Assembly: GCA_963783135.1 (NCBI GenBank)
Contig: CAWAMH010000001.1
Location: 152,839-216,838 of the forward strand
Origin: an uncultured Chloroflexia bacterium
GTDB lineage: Bacteria > Chloroflexota > Limnocylindria > Limnocylindrales > CSP1-4
Reading direction: 5' to 3'
Length of the DNA: 64,000 bases
Shown: in pieces, positions 33,338-43,500 of the stretch
Position numbering within the stretch: the stretch's first letter is position 1
Layout of the letters: each line of letters opens with the position of its first letter
Made by a program: the position numbers and the translations under genes
Notes under the pieces: generated by a model
What the model was told of the DNA's origin: nothing
The model's database searches: none
Seen by the model: only the letters and a program-made list of their open reading frames with translations

Positions 33338-33967
33338 CTAGGTGGTCGGCGGCATGGGCTCGATCGGTGTGGCGGTCGGCTCGGGCGGCGTCCCGGCCCG
33401 GTCGACCCCCGCGCTGGGTGACTCGGCCGGCGAGGCCGTCATCGGTTCGACGACGAGTTGGGCGCCCGCGACGGCCGTGACCCGGACGAGGGTCCCCGGC
33501 CCACAGTTCGACGCGGAGGTCGCCGAGAAGTTGCGCGGGGCGCCCATCGCGACGACCTCGACCTCGCCGACGCTCGTGGGTCCGACGCCGACCTTGACCC
33601 GGCCGGTGGATCCGATGACGTTCTCGAGCTCGAACTCGGGGCCGGCCTCTGACTGCCGCAGGGCGCGGAACAGCGCCCCGACCGACACGGCTCCGATCGT
33701 CCCGGCGAGGATCCCCACGATCGCCGACGCCGTGCCGTCCAGGTCCAGGACCTGGCTGGCGAACAGTCCTCCGGCGCCGAACAGGGAGACGAAGGCCAGG
33801 ATCGGCGGGACCACCCCGCTGCCACCGATGTCGTGGTCGAGACCGACCGCGTCGCCGATCCCACCGAGGAGCTCACCGAGGACCACCGAGATGAGGAGGA
33901 GACCGCCGCCGACGAGCAGGCAGAACAGGAAGATCGTGTCGCTGACATCGATCTGGATCACGGACAC
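33338..33967 (-). CDS. NfeD-like membrane protein (membrane anchor plus C-terminal OB-fold), flotillin partner
   Basis: N-terminal TM helices. C-terminal beta-barrel (GRVKVGVGPTSVGEVEVVAMGAPRNF…GTLVRVTAVAGAQLVVEP). Immediately upstream of the flotillin gene. Confidence 0.75.
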   Translation of the reverse strand: MSVIQIDVSDTIFLFCLLVGGGLLLISVVLGELLGGIGDAVGLDHDIGGSGVVPPILAFVSLFGAGGLFASQVLDLDGTASAIVGILAGTIGAVSVGALFRALRQSEAGPEFELENVIGSTGRVKVGVGPTSVGEVEVVAMGAPRNFSATSASNCGPGTLVRVTAVAGAQLVVEPMTASPAESPSAGVDRAGTPPEPTATPIEPMPPTT

Positions 33968-34106
33968 CCTCCCGACGGCCCGCTCCGGCTGGTACGCCGG
34001 GGGTGGATCGCGGGTTCATTGTCGCAGTCGTGGCGATCCGTCGCGTCTCGCCCGCGTGGTGCGCCCCAGGGCCGGCTGGACCGCTGGCCGTGCCGACGAT
34101 CGACGC

Positions 34107-34641
34107 TCAGCTGGTGCGCTGTGCGGCCTCCAGCGCGGCGCGGGCCTGGGCGAGGTGGACCCGGTCGTGGCCGGCGAGCAGCCGGAACGTGAGTTCGTAG
34201 CTCTCGGGTCCGCGTTCCCGGTGGTGGCCGATCCGGGCGCGGTCGGCCTCCGACGTGCGCGCCCAGAGGTCGAGGTTCGCCCGGCGCAGGGCCGCCAGGG
34301 TGTCGATCAGGATCGCGGGGTCGTCGTCGCGATGCTGGAGTCGGGCGACCCACAGCGCCTGGTCGTAGCCGACGATGTCGGGTTCGTCCTCGGCCAGGAT
34401 CCAGCGGTACCGACCCGACACGACGATCTCGCCGTCGACCATGTGCCCGACGCACTCCAGGACCGACCACTCAGCCGGGCTCCGGTCCGACCCGGAGGAG
34501 CTCGCCGGCCTCGTCGACGAGTGCCCGGACGGCCGCGAGCGTGGTGCCCTGGACCTCGGCCGGGTCATCGTCACCGAGCGCGTCCAGCAGCGACCGCTGG
34601 TAGGCGGATGGCGTCGCGACGGGATCGACGGCCTGGCGCAT
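34107..34641 (-). CDS. DinB/YfiT-like (DinB_2) family protein, one apparent frameshift near 34490
   Basis: N-terminal part from ATG 34641 in one frame (MRQAVDPVATPSAYQRSLLDALGDDDPAEVQGTTLAAVRALVDEAGELL). Remainder in the ORF-track frame (…EWSVLECVGHMVDGE…LAGHDRVHLAQA…). Confidence 0.6.
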
Positions 34642-34730
34642 GGCGCTCCTCTCGACGGATCGGATCTGGCCGGCAGCGTAGCGCCTCGGCGTGCCAGAAC
34701 GTGACAGGAACCGCGTCGCGCTGAGGGATC

Positions 34731-34806
<76 letters not shown>

Positions 34807-34937
34807 ACGAACGGTCGTGTCGGGTGGCGTGTTCGACGCTGCGCCCGCGACCGAGCGCAGAGTGTAGCACCGGATCGGGCTGTCCCATGGTCCGCCTCAA
34901 GGTCCGGCGAGGGTCGTCCGACCCCTACCATCCGCCG

Positions 34938-35834
34938 ATGAGCGACGGCCTCGTCCTGGGTCTGGCGGCCGCCCTGTGCTGGGGTCTGACCGACGTGACC
35001 GCAGGGATCGCCGGGGCTCGCTGGGGCAGCCTGCCGACGCTGGCGATCGCCCAGGTCACGAGCCTCGTCCTCCTGCTCCTGCTCGGTCTCGTGACGCAGG
35101 GTCGCGTCCCGGTCGCGCCCGAGGTCGCGCCGCAGGCGGCGCTCTACGGGGTGCTCGCCTCGGTCGCCTACATCTCGATGTTCGCCGGCCTGGCCATCGG
35201 GCCGATCTCGGTGGTGAGCCCGGCCGTGGCCGCCTACGGCGGGTTGACGGTGATCCTGGCGGTCGTCCTGCTGGGCGAGACCGTGGCGCCGCTGCAGTGG
35301 CTGGGGGCGGCGATCGGGACCGTCGGCGTGGCGTTGACGGCGTTCCGCTTCGATGGGACGAGCCGGACGGCCGCACCGGTCAGTCGGGGGGTCCTGCTGG
35401 CGATCGTGTCGCTCGTCCTGTTCGCCGCGGTGACCGTCGGGCTGGTCGCCCCGATCCGGGAGGCCGGCTGGCTCGACGTCGTGTTCGTCAGCCGGCTGGC
35501 CAACGCCGTGGTCGTCTGGGCGTTGCTGATCGGGGTCCGGCGGTTCCGGCCGCGGGGATCTGCCGTGCTGCTCGGTCCGTCGGGCGGGTCCGGCCGGCGG
35601 GCGGTCTGGATGTTGCCGTTGATCGGCCTGCTCGATGTCGGCGGGTTCATCGCCTACGCGGTCGGTCTCGAGGTGTCGCTGGCCTGGATCGTCGGGCTGG
35701 CGAGCTCGTTCGGGCCGGCCGTGGCGGTCATGGTCGCGGTCGGCTTCCTCGGGGAGCGGCTCCGACCGATCCAGTGGTTCGGGCTGGTCGCGATCGCCGC
35801 CGGACTCGTCCTGATCGCCCTCCCGTTCTCTTGA
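34938..35834 (+). CDS. EamA/DMT-family transporter
   Basis: Ten predicted TM helices in two EamA repeats. Start chosen at ATG 34938 (MSDGLVLGLAAALCWG), so the tRNA is not overlapped. Confidence 0.7.
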   Translation: MSDGLVLGLAAALCWGLTDVTAGIAGARWGSLPTLAIAQVTSLVLLLLLGLVTQGRVPVAPEVAPQAALYGVLASVAYISMFAGLAIGPISVVSPAVAAYGGLTVILAVVLLGETVAPLQWLGAAIGTVGVALTAFRFDGTSRTAAPVSRGVLLAIVSLVLFAAVTVGLVAPIREAGWLDVVFVSRLANAVVVWALLIGVRRFRPRGSAVLLGPSGGSGRRAVWMLPLIGLLDVGGFIAYAVGLEVSLAWIVGLASSFGPAVAVMVAVGFLGERLRPIQWFGLVAIAAGLVLIALPFS

Positions 35835-35859
35835 CAGAATAGAACATCCGTTCTATCGT
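35831..35859 (+). promoter_or_regulatory. SOS promoter: -35 TTGACA, 17-nt spacer containing a LexA (Cheo-type) box ATAGAAC-ATCC-GTTCTAT, -10 TATCGT
   Basis: Read directly: ttgacaGAATAGAACATCCGTTCTATCGTca, 11 nt before the imuA start. GAAC-N4-GTTC is the Gram-positive/actinobacterial LexA consensus. Confidence 0.6.
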
Positions 35860-35869
35860 CAGTCGTCCG

Positions 35870-36746
35870 ATGACGGCCCTTTCCTCGGACGTGACGGCAG
35901 CCCTGGCGTCCCTTCGGACACGCTGGGGGGAGGCTGCCCCGCGGGTCGGTGGCGAGGGACTCGGTGGGTCCGGGACGGTCGTCGGGGCACTGGCCACGGT
36001 CCCCATCCCGGGCGATCCAGGGCCGGTCCCCGGCCGACCGCCGGACGACGAGCGGGTCGTCCGGACCGGGTTCGCCGCACTGGACGCGATCCTCGGCACG
36101 GGCGGCGTCCCTCGGTCGGCTTCGCTCGCGGTCCGGGGCGCCGCCTCGAGCGGCAAGACCACCCTCGCCCTGCGACTCGCCGCGGAGGCGCAGGCGGCCG
36201 GTTCGATCGTCGCCTACCTGGACCTGGCCCGCAGCCTCGATCCGGTCGAGGCGGTCGCCCGGGGGATCCGCCTCGAATGGCTGGTCGTCCTCGAGCCGGC
36301 ATCGCTGGACGAGGCCCTGGCGATGGCCGGGGCTCTCGTCGCGGGCCGCTCGGTCGACCTGCTCATCGTCGACCTGCCGGCCGAGCGGGGGAGCGCGCCG
36401 GCGGCGCGGACCCGGCCGACCCGCGACGGGCGCCGACCACCCTCGATCGCCGATCGACTCGGGCGGCTCGCGGCGCTGGCGCGTCGGACGGATGTCCTGC
36501 TCGTCGTCCTCGAGCCGCCGGGTCTGCCTGCCCCGGTCTCGACCGCGATCGCCGAGTCGGCCGGGCTCCGCCTGGAGCTCGCCCGGCGGTCGTGGATCCG
36601 GCTGGGTCGGGACGTCGTGGGCCAATGGACGGAGGTGGTCGTGGCCCGGAACCGGGCCGGACCGCCGGGCCGACGAGCGGACCTCCGGATCCTCTACGCC
36701 GACGGCGGAGGTCGGGACGCCTGCCTCCTCCGCGAACCGCTCCTGA
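35870..36746 (+). CDS. imuA: RecA-fold mutasome accessory protein ImuA/ImuA'-like; 3' end uncertain (probable frameshift; the ORF track runs to 37006)
   Basis: RecA-like core with P-loop (VRGAASSGKTTLALRLAAEAQAAGSIVAYLDLA…LLIVDL). Sits directly upstream of imuB and dnaE2 behind a LexA box. The tail beyond about 36750 is low-complexity wrong-frame text. Confidence 0.6.
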
Positions 36747-36749
36747 CCG

Positions 36750-38091
36750 ATGCCCCCGTCAGCCTCCCGTCACGGATCGACCACCATCGTGCGACTCCTC
36801 CATCTCCTCTGGCCGCACCTCCCCCTCCGGCTCAGCCGAGCGCGAGCCACGGCCGACCCGACCTCCGGCTCCTTCCCGACCGGTCCGGTCGTGCTCGGCG
36901 GACAGCCCTGGACGGACGGGACGGTCCTCGACGCCAGCCCGGCGGCGCTCGAGCTCGGCGTCCGGCGGGGGATGCCCCTGGGGTCGGCCCATCGGCTCGC
37001 CCCTGAGGCCACGTTCCTCGACCCCGACCCGGTCGCGGACGCGGCGACGCTGGAACGAGCGCTCGCGGCACTCGCCGCGTTCAGCCCCGGGATCGCCGGG
37101 GCGACCGACCCGGCCGACCCGGCGTTCGGCCTGCTCGAGGTCCAGGTCGATGGCCTCGACCGACTGTGGGGTCCGGAGCCGGTCCTCGTCGAGCGGATCG
37201 TCGACGCGCTCCGGCCCATCCTCCCTGGCCCGCCCAGGATCGGCATCGCCGGGACCCGCTTCGCGGCGACGACCGCGGCCGGGGCGGCCGAGCGTCCCGG
37301 TCGACCGTGGATCGTCGAGCCGGGCGGTGAGGCCGACGTTCCTCGGTCCGCTGCCGGCCATCCTGCTCACCCCCGATCCGGAGATCCGCGCCCGGTTGGC
37401 TCGGTTCGGCCTGCGTCGGATCGCGGCGGTGGCCGAGCTGCCCCGCTCGGCGTTGGTCGCCCGGTTCGGGGTCGAGGGCGAACGTATCCACGGCCGGGCG
37501 AACGGTATGGAGATCGTCGCGTTCCGGCCGCATCGAACGACCGAACAGCTCGGCCTCGGCCTCGGCCTCGAACCGCCGATCGAGGATCTCGAGCCGCTCC
37601 GGTTCGTCCTCCACCGACTGGCCGGTGCGCTGGCCGATCAGCTCCTGGCCCGCGGCGCTGCGGCCGGTCGGGTCGAGCTGCGGCTGACCCTCGATCTCGC
37701 CTTCGCCCGGCGGGGCACTCCGACGGCACTGGCCATCGACCAGCGCTTCCCGGAGCCGACCGCGGACGGCGAGGCGATCGAGCGGCTGCTCTTCGCCAGG
37801 CTCGAACGAGAGCCGCCCCCGGCCGCCGTCGCCAGACTCGAGCTGGAGCTCGCCGAGGTCGCCCCGGCGAGCGGTCAGCAGCTCGCCCTGTTCGTGCCCC
37901 AGGCGGCCCGGGCCGCGCGGCTCGGTTGGCAGCTGGCCAGGCTTGCGCTCGCCTTCGGCGAGGATCGGATCGGGCGGGTCGAGCTGGTGGATCCGGACGC
38001 GCTGCTGCCCGAGGGACGCTGGCGCCGGCTGCCGATCGGCTCGGGTTCGGAGGGTGGGTTCCGGCCGCTGGTGCCGGAGGGCGCCGGATGA
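36750..38091 (+). CDS. imuB: ImuB, a Y-family polymerase-like mutasome protein (catalytically inactive DinB homologue), one frameshift near 37340
   Basis: N-terminal (M)VRLLHLLWPHLPLRL…VLDASPAALELGVRRGMPLGSAHRLAPEATFLDPDP…. C-terminal part in the next frame (…IAAVAELPRSALVARFGVEGERIHGRANG…) ends at TGA 38089-38091. Confidence 0.75.
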
Positions 38092-38336
38092 CCCGGCTCC
38101 TGCGCGAGCATCCGGCGATCGACGTCGAGCTCGATGGCGACGGCCGGCTGATCGCGGTCCGCTGGGCCGGCCGGCGGGAGACGGTCGAGGTCTGCAATCG
38201 CTGGCGGGTCGACGACGGTTGGTGGGGCGACCCGATCGCCCGGGACTACTTCAAGGTCGTCGGCCCGGGCTGGCTGGCGCTCGTCTACCTCGACCGGATC
38301 GACGGGTCGTGGCACCTCGAGCGGGTCTACGACTGA
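38088..38336 (+). CDS. 82-aa ORF translationally coupled (ATGA) to the imuB stop; either an uncharacterised mutasome accessory protein or a detached ImuB C-terminal domain
   Basis: MTRLLREHPAIDVELDGDGRLIAVRWAGRRETVEVCNRWRVDDGWWGDPIARDYFKVVGPGWLALVYLDRIDGSWHLERVYD. Non-repetitive, Trp-rich, high complexity. Joined to the 447-aa ImuB it would give about 529 aa, typical for ImuB. Confidence 0.5.
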   Translation: MTRLLREHPAIDVELDGDGRLIAVRWAGRRETVEVCNRWRVDDGWWGDPIARDYFKVVGPGWLALVYLDRIDGSWHLERVYD

Positions 38337-38384
38337 CGCCGACGTCGGCCCTGTCCGATCCGCCGCGCGAGCGACCCTCGGGCC

Positions 38385-38492
38385 TCAGTGCAGCCCGGGC
38401 CGACCGATCGCCAGGCTGACGATGAACAGGATGGCCAGGATCCCCGCGACGAGGACCAGGGCACCGAGATCGCGAGGACGGGCGGACTGCAC
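38385..38492 (-). CDS. Possible 35-aa hydrophobic peptide (MQSARPRDLGALVLVAGILAILFIVSLAIGRPGLH)
   Basis: GTG start with a GGGGGAG SD 6 nt upstream. In the gap between the imuB-coupled ORF and the GH18 gene. Weak evidence. Confidence 0.2.
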   Translation of the reverse strand: MQSARPRDLGALVLVAGILAILFIVSLAIGRPGLH

Positions 38493-38855
38493 GAAGGCTC
38501 CCCCTGTGGCTCCGACCGACCGGCGCTCCGGTGCGGTCTGGTGCGGGTGAGTGTAGCTGCGACGGAGTCGTGCTGCCGTGGCCCTGCGCCGTCGCGGGTC
38601 CCGACGTCGGTCCCACGTGGCGGTCCGGATCGCCGGGGAATGCCGGGGCCCCGCCGCATCGCGACGGGGCCCCTCGGGTCGTCCACCCGCTCACCAGGCC
38701 GACGACCAGGTCGTCGGGTCGACCGCGAGTCGACCGACGCCGTTACCTCGGTGCACGCCCCCAGGCATGCAGCCATCGGGTGACAGGGGTGAGACGCCAT
38801 CGAGGCGTCCGGTGTTGCGCGTCGCGGACGCGATCTTGCAGGACCCGGGGTCGGC

Positions 38856-40392
38856 TCAGAAGGGCTGGCGGAACGGGTCTGGGACCGTCTTCCAGGTCCC
38901 GCCGCGCGACTGGAACTGGACCTTCAGCTTGTAGGTCCCCGCCGCCAGGCCGGCCGCCGTCCCGAGGACGGTCGTGGTCTTGACCGTCTTCGTCCGGCCG
39001 GGGTAGATCGTGAGGGCCACCGAGCCCTTCTTGACGAGGTGGCCGGCTCGATCGTAGAGCCGCCAGACCAGCGTGCCGCGCTCGGGCACGTTCCCGGTGT
39101 TCTTGACCCGCTTGGTGTGGCTGACCCGGACGAGACCACCCGACAGGCCGATCTTCGTGACGGTCGCGCCGACCGTGGCGCGATGCCTCGGGTCGTAGAA
39201 CTTGTCCTTGATGACGTCGTACATGTCGGTGTAGCCGCGGTCGTTGTCGAGGGTCCAGATCCCGACTCCCGCCAGCCCGCTGGCGATCGCGTAGTCGTAC
39301 TTGGCGGCTGCGCTGATCTCGTCCTCGAAGTAGACCTGGCGATACGTCTGGAACTCCGCATCCCAGTAGGTGAAGAACGCGCTGCCCTCGGACGTGTCCT
39401 CCTGGCGGAGGACGTCGGGGTGGGCGGCCAGGTACTTGCGCGACGAGCTGTAGGTCACGCTCCAGACGCCGCCGTACTTCGAGACGGGCTTGTTGACCGT
39501 GGCGTTCGGGACGTTGCTCGTGACCGGCCAGTCGAAGCCGTAGTACGGGACGCCCATGATGATCTTGGACGGGCTCGTGTACTTGAGGTAGCGCGTGATA
39601 TGGATCTTGACCGTCCGGCTCGTGTTGTCGAGCGGAGCGATCGCGCCGGTCACCGTCGACCCGGACCAGCGGTAGTTGTAGGTCATGACCAGCATGTTGT
39701 CGACGATGTTCTCGAGCCCGCGCATGAGTGCCAGCGGCGGCCCCGCGCTCGTGGCCACGACGAGCTTGGCCTTGGGGAACTCCTTGACCATCGCCGTCTT
39801 GAACTTCGTCAGGAAGGTCAGGAAGTCGGGCACGAGCTCGTGCCGGCATCGGCTCGAAGTCGAAGTTCGCACCATCGGCCGAGCGGCGCTCCATGAGCGC
39901 CAACGCCTGCTTGCGGAAGCGTGCCTGGGCCGTCTTGCTGTGGAGGAACGCCTTCATCTCCGGGAGCGTGCCCGAGTCGAACAGCTGGAAGGTCGGGACG
40001 ACACGGACGCCCTTGGCATGGGCCGCGTTGGTGACCGCGGCGGCGTCGTCCGAGAGGTAGGCCTGGGTCCCTCGCCAGGCCATGTCGATGTTGCCGTCCT
40101 TCTTGATCCCGAGCCCGAACAGGGCGATCGTCGAGATCAGGTCGTAGTCGAGCCGGTCGACCGTCCCGGCGTCGAGGCGCCAGTAGGGCAGGTAGCCGTA
40201 GACCTGCTTCTCGAGCGGGGCGATCCCCGTCACCCGCGGCTTGATCCCCGGGTCGGCGGCACGCGCGACCGGCGCGCCGAAGGGGGTGGGAGCGAGCGGG
40301 GCGATGACGAGCAGGGTGACCGCGACCACGGTGGCGAAGAAGGCGGATGCCCGGCCGTGCGATCGCGATCCCGTCTGGGGGAGATCGTGCAT
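38856..40392 (-). CDS. Secreted glycoside hydrolase family 18 (chitinase-like) protein, one frameshift near 39850
   Basis: Signal peptide (…VVAVTLLVIAPLAPTPFGAPVARA). GH18 core (…YGYLPYWR…DGANFDFEP…, LVMTYNY…GVPYYGF…) plus a C-terminal beta-sandwich. Noticeably lower GC than the flanking genes. Confidence 0.7.
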
Positions 40393-40511
40393 GGTCGTAC
40401 TCAACCCCACCGTACCACGGATGACCAGCCGTACCTTGGGGCCAGCCCGCCGGGAACCCAGGGACCAGTCACAGACAGGTGGTGCGCGGATGCACCACCC
40501 GTGGTCCAGAG

Positions 40512-40529
40512 ATAGAACAGATGTTCTAT
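40512..40529 (+). promoter_or_regulatory. Second LexA box ATAGAAC-AGAT-GTTCTAT overlapping a TATCAT -10, upstream of dnaE2
   Basis: Perfect 18-nt palindrome, nearly identical to the imuA box. 42 nt upstream of the dnaE2 ATG. Confidence 0.6.
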
Positions 40530-40570
40530 CATCGTGGATACCCCCGACACCCGACCTGCTGGGATCCGAG

Positions 40571-43500
40571 ATGTCCGGTCGACCGTCCCCGCCGCGACCC
40601 TACGCCGAGCTCCACTGCCACACGAACTTCTCGTTCCTCGATGGCGCATCGGCGGCCGATGACCTCGTCGACCGTGCGCTGGAGCTCGGGCTGTCGGCCC
40701 TGGCCGTCACCGATCACCAGGGCCTCTATGGCGTCGTCCGATTCTCGACCGCGGCCCGCGAGGCCGGTCTCCATCCGGTCATCGGGCTCGAGATCGAGCT
40801 GCTCGACGCGTTCGCACCGGATCCGGGGCGGATCGTGGTCCCGGGCCGGCGGAGGCGTCGCCGCGGCGGTCGGTCGGTCTCGGACGGCGCTTCGGCGCCG
40901 ACCTGGGGCGACCCGCCGGCGCCGGGTCGGGGTGCCACCTCGGCGAGCGGATCGCGGGCGGTCGATCCGCTCGATCTCGCCGCCGTCGACGACGGGCTGC
41001 CCGTCCGGCCTCGACCCGATCGGACTCGTCTGCCTGGCCACCGCGACCCGGTCAAGGAGGATCTGCGCGGGATCGGTGAGCCGCAGCGCGGTCCGCACCT
41101 CGTGCTGCTCGCCCGCGACCGGATCGGCTACCGCAGTCTGTGCCGCCTCGTCAGCCGGGCGAACCTGGCCGGGACCAAGGGCATGCCGCGGTACAGCCAG
41201 GCCCTTCTGGCCGAGCATGCGGAGGGGCTCGTCGCGTTGTCCGGTTGCCGCGACGGGGAGATCGCCCGGCGCCTTCGGGTCGGCGACCGGGACGGGGCGC
41301 GGGCGGTCGTCGAAGGGCTACGCCCGGCTGTTCGGTCGTGGTCCCGGCGGCGGTCAGCCGGGGCTGGGCCGCGATGGTGGCGACGGCGCTCGGTCCGGGT
41401 CGAGCGGCCGGGTCGGGCGCGGAGGTCGGCGGCCATCGGGGATCGCGGCGGCCGGCTTCGTCCTCGAGCTCGAGCACCACCTCCTCCCCGACGACGACTG
41501 GCTGGTGGCCGAGACCGCCCGGCTGGCCGAGGAGGTCGGCGTGCCGGTCGTCGTCACGAACGACGTCCACTACGCGACGGCCGAGGGTCGCGAGCTCCAG
41601 GATGTCGTCACGGCGATCCGGCACGGTCGGTCGGTGGCGACGCTGGCGGATCTCCGTCGCCCCGATGGCGAGTCCTACCTGAAGTCCGCGGCCGAGCTGC
41701 ATGGCCCTGCCGCCGGGCGATCCGACGACGGCTGCCGACGATCCGCGGACCGCTCGGGCCTGGGCGGAGGGGATCGCGGCGGCCGGCGAGCTCGCGGCGG
41801 CCTGCGAGGTCGATCTCGGGTTCGAGGCGTACCGCTTCCCCGGCTTCGCGGTGCCGGGCGGGGAGACGCCGTTCTCCTACCTCGCCGAGCTGTGCCACGA
41901 AGGCGCCCGGCGAGCGCTACCACCCGATGACCCCGCCGGTCGTCCGGCAGCTCGCCCACGAGCTCGAGATCATCGAGCGGACCGGCCTGGCCGAGTTCTT
42001 CCTCATCTGCTGGGATCTGATGCGCTTCGCCAAGTCCCGGGGCATCCCCGCCCAGGGCCGCGGCAGCGCGGCGGACTCGATCGTCGCCTACGTCCTGGGC
42101 ATCACCCGGGTCGACCCGATCCGGCACAACCTCCTGTTCGAGCGGTTCATCAACGAGGGCCGGACGACCTACCCGGATGTCGACATCGACTTCTCGTCGG
42201 AGCGACGGGAGGAGGTCATCCAGTACGTCTACGAGCGCTACGGCGCGGAGCACACCGGGATGGTCTGCAATGTCGTGACCTATCGGGCCCGGTCGGTCGT
42301 CCGCGAGGTCGGCGTGGCGCTCGGGTTCCCGCGACCGCTGGTCGATCGGGTGGCCAAGGCGCTCGAGACATACGACTCGGTGATGGTCCGCCGGGATCTC
42401 GAGGCCGACGGCGGCTTCGCCGAGTTCTTCCGGCGCCCCGGCGAAGAGGTGGTCGGTGCAGGGATGCGGTGGCGGCGGCCGCGGACGAGCCGGATCCGGG
42501 CGCGGTCTCGGCCCTGACCCAGGGTCGCGGCTTCACGGATCGGATGGGCCAGCTCAATCACGCTCGCGGCGGCCGGCTCCGGACCGGTGGTGCCGGCGAG
42601 CGCGGCGATGGAAGACTGCCGCGGATCGAGGATGCGCGGCGGGCCTCGGGATCGCGGATCCAGCCGCCGGCCGTGCCGGGAGCCCCGGCCGTGCCGGGCG
42701 CCCCGGCCGTGCCGGGAGCTGCGGCCGTACCGGGCGCTGCGGGCAGGCACGACTCACTCCTCGGATCCGATGCCATGTCCGACTTGGCACGCGAGATATC
42801 GACCCCAGCAGTACGAAGCCCTGTTGATCCCGCAACGAGCCCGGTCGATGCGCTCCGCGAAGCCAGATCCTCGATCCAGCCACTCGACCCGACCGAGGAT
42901 CGCGCAGCACCGCGATCGATGCCTTCCGATCCGGACCGGCGAGTCGTCGGATCCACGTCCGATACCCCACCGGATACTGGTGGTGTCGATATCCGGGCGG
43001 AGAGTCGAGCCGGTCCCGGTTCCGATCACGCGATCGAAGCCGCGACCGTGCACGCGATCGAAGCCGCGACCGTGCCGGGACCGCCACCGGCCACCGTCGC
43101 CCTCCTGATATCACCACCATTCTTAGCCGACCCATATCCGACGCTCTCGGATGGCTCCGACGACACGAAACGCGGGTCGGCCGTGCTCGCTGAGCACGGG
43201 GATGTCGCTCCGGAGGGGTCGGGGGCCGCCTCGCAGGCCCGATCTGCGCAGGGCAGTCGGCCTGCTAGCAATGGTGCTGATATCGGGGCTGGGAGTCGGA
43301 CCGGTCCCGGCTCCGGGACCTGGCCGACGGCCGCCGGTTCGAGGCCGTCGATCCGGGCCGGTGGGCCGGGCGACGACGAGGGTGGACCCGGCGACAGTCC
43401 GGCGAGCGTCGCCTGGCTCCGCTCCGGGCGCGGGACGGGGTACTCGCCGACGTCGGGGCGTGGCCCCGGCTCGGAACGCGAAAGCCGCTCGGAACGCGAA

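Noticed and set aside
35870-37006. 378-aa extent of the imuA ORF
   Set aside because: Beyond about 36750 the translation is Pro/Arg/Ala-rich wrong-frame text overlapping the imuB N-terminus. A frame-0 stop at 36744-36746 just before the imuB ATG is the more plausible end.
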